DNA of 64,000 bases from Thermoanaerobaculia bacterium (GTDB lineage: Bacteria; Acidobacteriota; Thermoanaerobaculia; Gp7-AA8), in contig DATLEY010000158.1 of the NCBI GenBank assembly GCA_035525215.1, positions 1,420-65,419 of the forward strand, in the 5' to 3' direction. A program made the translations under genes and the position numbers. Every line of letters begins with the position of its first letter. Position 1 is the stretch's first letter. A model generated the notes under the pieces. That model was not told the origin of the DNA and searched no databases. It worked only from the letters and a program-made list of their open reading frames with translations. Positions 60,137 to 64,000 of the stretch are shown here, in pieces.

Positions 60137-61843
60137 CTACATCGCGGCCGGCAGCTCGAGACCCGGAACTCCCCAGAGGAATCCCTGTCCCTGATCGACG
60201 CCCAGATCGCGCAGGACCTCCAGATCCTCTTCCGTCTCGATTCCCTCGGCCACGACCTCGGCGCCGAGCTTGTGCCCGACGTCGATGAACCGCTCGAGCT
60301 GCCGGCGGGCTCGCTCCTCCGTGGCAATGCCGCGGATGCAGCGCTTGTCGAGCTTCACCACGTCGGGCTCGAGAAGCACCAGACTCTCGAGCTGGCTCCG
60401 TCCGAAGCCGACGTCATCGCAGGCGATCCGCAGCCCGGCGTGACGAAGCTCATCGACGCGTTCCTGAAGCCTCCGCGTTTCACCGAGCATCTGCTGCTCG
60501 CTCAGCTCGAGGCAGAACAGATCCCTCCGCTCCTCGGGAAAGAGATCGATGAGGCGCGAGAGCGGAAGACCCATCAGCGTCGACGGGAAGATGTTCACGT
60601 GGCGAACGAGATGCAGCGGCAGCCCTTCCGACATTTCCACGCAGGTGAGCAGACATTGATGGTCGGCCACGGCCAGCATGTTTCGTTCGGCGCAGACGCG
60701 GAAAACGGCATCGGGTCCCTGAGTCGGCGCTCCCCTGAAGCGGCTGAGAAGCTCGAATCCACAGACGCTGATGTCCGAAAGCCGGAAGATCGGCTGGACC
60801 ACGGCATAGACGCCGCGTCCGTGCTTCAGATCGTCGCACAGAGAGTCGAGGTAAGTGGCCGGCGGGACCTGTGCTCCTCCCTCCAGCATCACGCAGTTGC
60901 GTCCGGACGTCTTGGCCTGCCTGAGCAGGGCGTGCATCCGCCCCAGGAGAAGGTCGAGAGAGCGAATCTCGTCGGTCAGCTCGATGGCCGCGACGCAGGC
61001 CGTGACGTGAATGGTGGTCGAGCCGGCGCCCACGAACGCCGAAGCAATGGCCAGGCGAAGTCGCTCGCATACGGAGCCCATCTCGCTCACCCGCGCTCCC
61101 GGCATGAGAATGACGAACTCGTCGCCTCCCACCCGACCCGTGGCGTCGCCGGTCCGCGCGGTTTCGCGAATCTTGGAAGCCACCTCGGTGAGCACCACAT
61201 CGCCCACCGCGTGACCCCATCGGTCGTTGATGCTCTTGAACTGATCGAGATCGACGAAAAGCGCGAGGTGAGGCGTCTGCTCGCGCGCGATTCTCTCCAG
61301 CGCGAGATCCAGCGCCCGTTCGACTCCCCGGCGGTTGAGCAGCTCCGTCAGGGGATCGACCACCAGAAGAGACTCCAGCCGGCCGTTCACTTCCCGAAGC
61401 TCCCTCGTGACCATCTCGAGATTGACGCGTCCGCGATGCCGTTCCATCGCATAGCGGATCGCGCGGAGCAGAAGGCGGCGGTCGAATGCACCTTTCAGCA
61501 GGTAGTCTTCCGCGCCGCGGTAGAGCGCGTCCGCGGCAAGCTCCTCGTCATCGCGGCCACTGACGACGATCAGAGGAAGCGAGGGGTCGGCGGAGCGGAT
61601 TGCATCGACCGCCTCGAGATCGCGGGCGTCGGGAAGCCCGAGGTCGACGAGCGCCACATCGAACGCGCGCTCCCGCGCAGCATCGACCGCTTCCGCGCTG
61701 GTCCATGCCTGGCTGACCCGGAATGTCGGAGGGGCAGACCGTTCGAGATGCGTCCGAAGCAGCTTCGCATCCGACTCGCTGTCCTCGACAATCAGGACGT
61801 CGACTGAGTCACGTTGGTTCGGCATACTCGCAATGTCGCTCAT
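60137..61843 (-). CDS. Response regulator with REC-GGDEF-EAL domains (c-di-GMP turnover)
   Basis: 568 aa: REC (DVLIVEDSESD…D at VALVDLGLPD), GGDEF (degenerate: RVGGDEF), EAL (EAL motif degenerate as ELLSR; metal-binding residues present). Confidence 0.88.
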   Translation of the reverse strand: MSDIASMPNQRDSVDVLIVEDSESDAKLLRTHLERSAPPTFRVSQAWTSAEAVDAARERAFDVALVDLGLPDARDLEAVDAIRSADPSLPLIVVSGRDDEELAADALYRGAEDYLLKGAFDRRLLLRAIRYAMERHRGRVNLEMVTRELREVNGRLESLLVVDPLTELLNRRGVERALDLALERIAREQTPHLALFVDLDQFKSINDRWGHAVGDVVLTEVASKIRETARTGDATGRVGGDEFVILMPGARVSEMGSVCERLRLAIASAFVGAGSTTIHVTACVAAIELTDEIRSLDLLLGRMHALLRQAKTSGRNCVMLEGGAQVPPATYLDSLCDDLKHGRGVYAVVQPIFRLSDISVCGFELLSRFRGAPTQGPDAVFRVCAERNMLAVADHQCLLTCVEMSEGLPLHLVRHVNIFPSTLMGLPLSRLIDLFPEERRDLFCLELSEQQMLGETRRLQERVDELRHAGLRIACDDVGFGRSQLESLVLLEPDVVKLDKRCIRGIATEERARRQLERFIDVGHKLGAEVVAEGIETEEDLEVLRDLGVDQGQGFLWGVPGLELPAAM

Positions 61844-61974
61844 GGCGACACCTAATCGTGCACCCCGTATGCCGCGGCTAAGTGACTTGAATCACGGTTT
61901 TGGCGTTTTGGTGACGGACGTCACAACTTTCGTCGGAATTTTTGTGGCGCGTGAAGCGCGCGGGTTCCGTTCCA

Positions 61975-62170
61975 AACAAGACCGCGCGTGAGCCCGCACG
62001 CGCATGGCGACCGGCGGGACGCCGGCGGTACTCTGTATGCCGTCATGAAGGGCTGGGCGGCGAGACGCCGCCCGCCACTCTGGCCGGCTGACGGGCGTGA
62101 GTTCGTATGTCGTCATGAAGGGCTGGGCGGCGAGACGCCGCCCGCCACTCTGGCCGGCTGGCGGGCGAAG
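61975..62170. repeat. B-type unit followed by 70-bp tandem x2 containing the D hairpin (GGGCGGCGAGACGCCGCCC)
   Basis: GCGCGTGAGCCCGCACGCGCATGGCGACCGGCGGGACGCCGGCGGTACT, then two copies of GTATG(C/T)CGTCATGAAGGGCTGGGCGGCGAGACGCCGCCCGCCACTCTGGCCGGCTG(A/G)CGGGCG. This is the reverse complement of the units at 15551 and 15669. Confidence 0.85.
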
Positions 62171-62201
62171 CGCGGGGATTCTCCGCTATCCTCTGCGGAT
62201 C

Positions 62202-64000
62202 ATGGCGAGGGTGGAGAGCCCCGATGAACCCGAAAGTCCCCTGCTCCTCGCAAAAGCGGGGGAGCGCGCGGGATCGGGAGATTTCTGGGGCGGACTCGCG
62301 GCGATGCTCGTGGCGTTTCCGTCATCGATTGCCTTCGGCGTCGCGATCTTCACGGCCGTCTCGCCGGCGCTGGCGAACCAGGGCGCCCTCTCCGGCCTGA
62401 TCGGCGCGGCCATCCTCGGGATCGTCGCGCCGCTGGTGAGTCGCAACGGAGGATTCATCACGGCTCCATGCGCCCCGGCCGCGGCGGTCATGAGCGGCTT
62501 CGCGGCTCATCTCGCCGCCACCAGCACGCTGAGCGTGAGCCGCCTGGTCACTCTCCTCGGCGTCACCGCCCTGATCAGCGCACTTCTTCAGATCCTCTAC
62601 GGCGTACTCCGCGCGGGACGATTCATCAAGTACCTCCCGCATCAGGTCGTGAGCGGCTATCTATCCGGCGTCGCCGTGATCATCGCCGCAACCCAGATCC
62701 CCAATCTCCTCGGTCTGCCGGCGGGCACCGGTTTGAGCGATGCATTCGCGAGCACCCGGGCGTGGGACTGGAGAGCCATCGTCATCGGCGTGGTCACGAT
62801 CGGATTCATCGTGCTGGCCTGGAAGTTCTCCCGGAAAGTTCCCGCGGCGATCGTTGGACTGTCGGGAGGAATCGCCGCCTATGCCGCGCTCGCGCTGGCG
62901 AGGCCGGAGCTGCGCTCTCTGCAGGACAACCCTCTGGTGATCGGTCCGATCGCAACGGCCGGGAGCTTTCTCCAGGCCATTCCTGCGAGAGTGACTCCCC
63001 TCTTCAGCATCGGAGCGGGAGACGTCTCGCTGATCATCGGAACCGCCCTCACTCTTTCGGTTCTGCTGTCGATCGATACGCTCAAGACCGGAGTCGTTCT
63101 CGACGCGATGACCCGCTCCCGCCACGACTCGAACCGTGAGCTGGTCGGACAGGGGCTGGCCAATGCCGCGTCCTTCATCGCAGGCGGAGTGCCGGGAGCG
63201 GGAACGCTCGGACCGACTCTGGTCAACGTGACCAGCGGCGGACGGACCCGCTGGAGCGGAGTGATCGAAGGATTTCTGGTCCTGGTCGGATTCCTCACCG
63301 TGGGCGGCCTCATGTCCTGGGTTCCGCTCCCCGCCCTTGCCGGAATTCTTCTGGCCATCGCATGGCGGATGTTCGACTTCAACATGTTCCGCCTGCTACT
63401 TCTCCCATCGACGCGCCTCGATTTCCTGATCATCGCGACCGTGATCGTCGTCGCTCAGACCCTCGGTCTGATCCAGGCGGCGATCGTCGGCGTCTGCCTC
63501 GCCATCCTTCTCTTCATGCGGAATCAGATCCGCGCCTCGGTGATCCGTCAGAGAGCGGATCTGCGGACGGTGAGGTCGAGCCGCCGGCGCTCGGCGGGGG
63601 AGGAAGAGATCCTGGCGGGGCGCGGCTTCGACGCTCTGCTCGTTCAGCTCGAGGACGATCTCTTCTTCGGGACCACGGATCAGCTTTTCTCCGAGCTGGA
63701 GCCCGACCTGGCCCTGCGGCGCTACATCCTCTTCGATTTCCGGCGCGTCCACTCCATGGATTTCACCGCGGTCCATCTCTTCCTGCAGATGCAGGAGCGC
63801 ATACGCGAGCGAGGAGGCGAGATGCTCTTCAGCGGCATGCCCTCGACACTCGCCCGTCGTCCGGACATGGTGCGCTACATGGACCAGCTCGGACTGACCG
63901 GAAGCGGGAGAGCGCGGATTTTCGAGACCCGCGACGGAGCGATCGCCTGGATGGAGGAACGGATTCTCGAAAGCGCGGGGTGGCTGCACCGCGACGACGA
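62202..64000 (+). CDS. SulP-family anion transporter with C-terminal STAS domain (partial, continues past window end)
   Basis: Hand-translated from ATG 62202: MARVESPDEPESPLLLAKAGERAGSGDFWGGLAAMLVAFPSSIAFGVAIF… multiple TM helices, then a STAS-like region (…LLVQLEDDLFFGTTDQLFSELE…ILFDFRRVHSMDFTAVHLF…). No stop before 64000, so absent from the ORF track. Confidence 0.85.
   Translation, partial: MARVESPDEPESPLLLAKAGERAGSGDFWGGLAAMLVAFPSSIAFGVAIFTAVSPALANQGALSGLIGAAILGIVAPLVSRNGGFITAPCAPAAAVMSGFAAHLAATSTLSVSRLVTLLGVTALISALLQILYGVLRAGRFIKYLPHQVVSGYLSGVAVIIAATQIPNLLGLPAGTGLSDAFASTRAWDWRAIVIGVVTIGFIVLAWKFSRKVPAAIVGLSGGIAAYAALALARPELRSLQDNPLVIGPIATAGSFLQAIPARVTPLFSIGAGDVSLIIGTALTLSVLLSIDTLKTGVVLDAMTRSRHDSNRELVGQGLANAASFIAGGVPGAGTLGPTLVNVTSGGRTRWSGVIEGFLVLVGFLTVGGLMSWVPLPALAGILLAIAWRMFDFNMFRLLLLPSTRLDFLIIATVIVVAQTLGLIQAAIVGVCLAILLFMRNQIRASVIRQRADLRTVRSSRRRSAGEEEILAGRGFDALLVQLEDDLFFGTTDQLFSELEPDLALRRYILFDFRRVHSMDFTAVHLFLQMQERIRERGGEMLFSGMPSTLARRPDMVRYMDQLGLTGSGRARIFETRDGAIAWMEERILESAGWLHRDD

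Noticed and set aside
62468-63139. 223-aa plus-strand ORF from the track
   Set aside because: Wrong frame. The real gene is the SulP/STAS transporter in another plus frame starting at 62202 and open to the window end.

Overview
High-GC (~68%) bacterial chromosomal window, probably Acidobacteria-like (a VWFA-type secreted protein and heavy use of Ala/Arg codons support this). The first ~15 kb is a complete, minus-strand division and cell-wall (dcw) cluster: mraZ-rsmH-ftsL-ftsI-murE-murF-mraY-murD-ftsW-murG-murC-ftsQ-ftsA-(ftsZ 5' end); murB and ddl are absent. The rest is mostly housekeeping: carB, a murA-folP-cdaA-cdaR-glmM operon (c-di-AMP synthesis), purS/purQ, acs, tmk-holB, an amidase, cstA, thiG, pdxH, an ABC-F ATPase, a GH13 alpha-glucosidase, prfC, a REC-GGDEF-EAL protein and a partial SulP transporter. 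Less conserved genes are scattered among these: a VWA protein and an M64 peptidase, a 766-aa secreted protein with an HExxH motif, an ASRT-like gene beside a truncated LLM/F420-type oxidoreductase fragment, several lipoproteins and small zinc-ribbon ORFs. The most unusual signal is non-coding. At least seven intergenic gaps carry a family of GC-rich mosaic repeats (hairpin REP-like units, 55-70 bp tandem units, heptamer microsatellite arms forming MITE-like inverted structures). A 244-bp palindromic element is flanked by 15-bp direct repeats, and its motif recurs at the GH13 start codon. Other points: a 23-aa polycationic peptide gene with a strong SD and an intrinsic terminator; a Lys/Ala-rich histone-H1-like protein with an unrecognised C-terminal domain at the end of the cdaA-glmM operon; a beta-propeller-like secreted gene inserted between purS and purQ; AT-rich promoter-like islands inside the dcw cluster. 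No tRNA/rRNA, CRISPR array or obvious transposase/integrase gene was seen. No multi-gene defence or toxin system could be supported from sequence alone. All coordinates for refined starts are hand-counted and may be off by a few bases.
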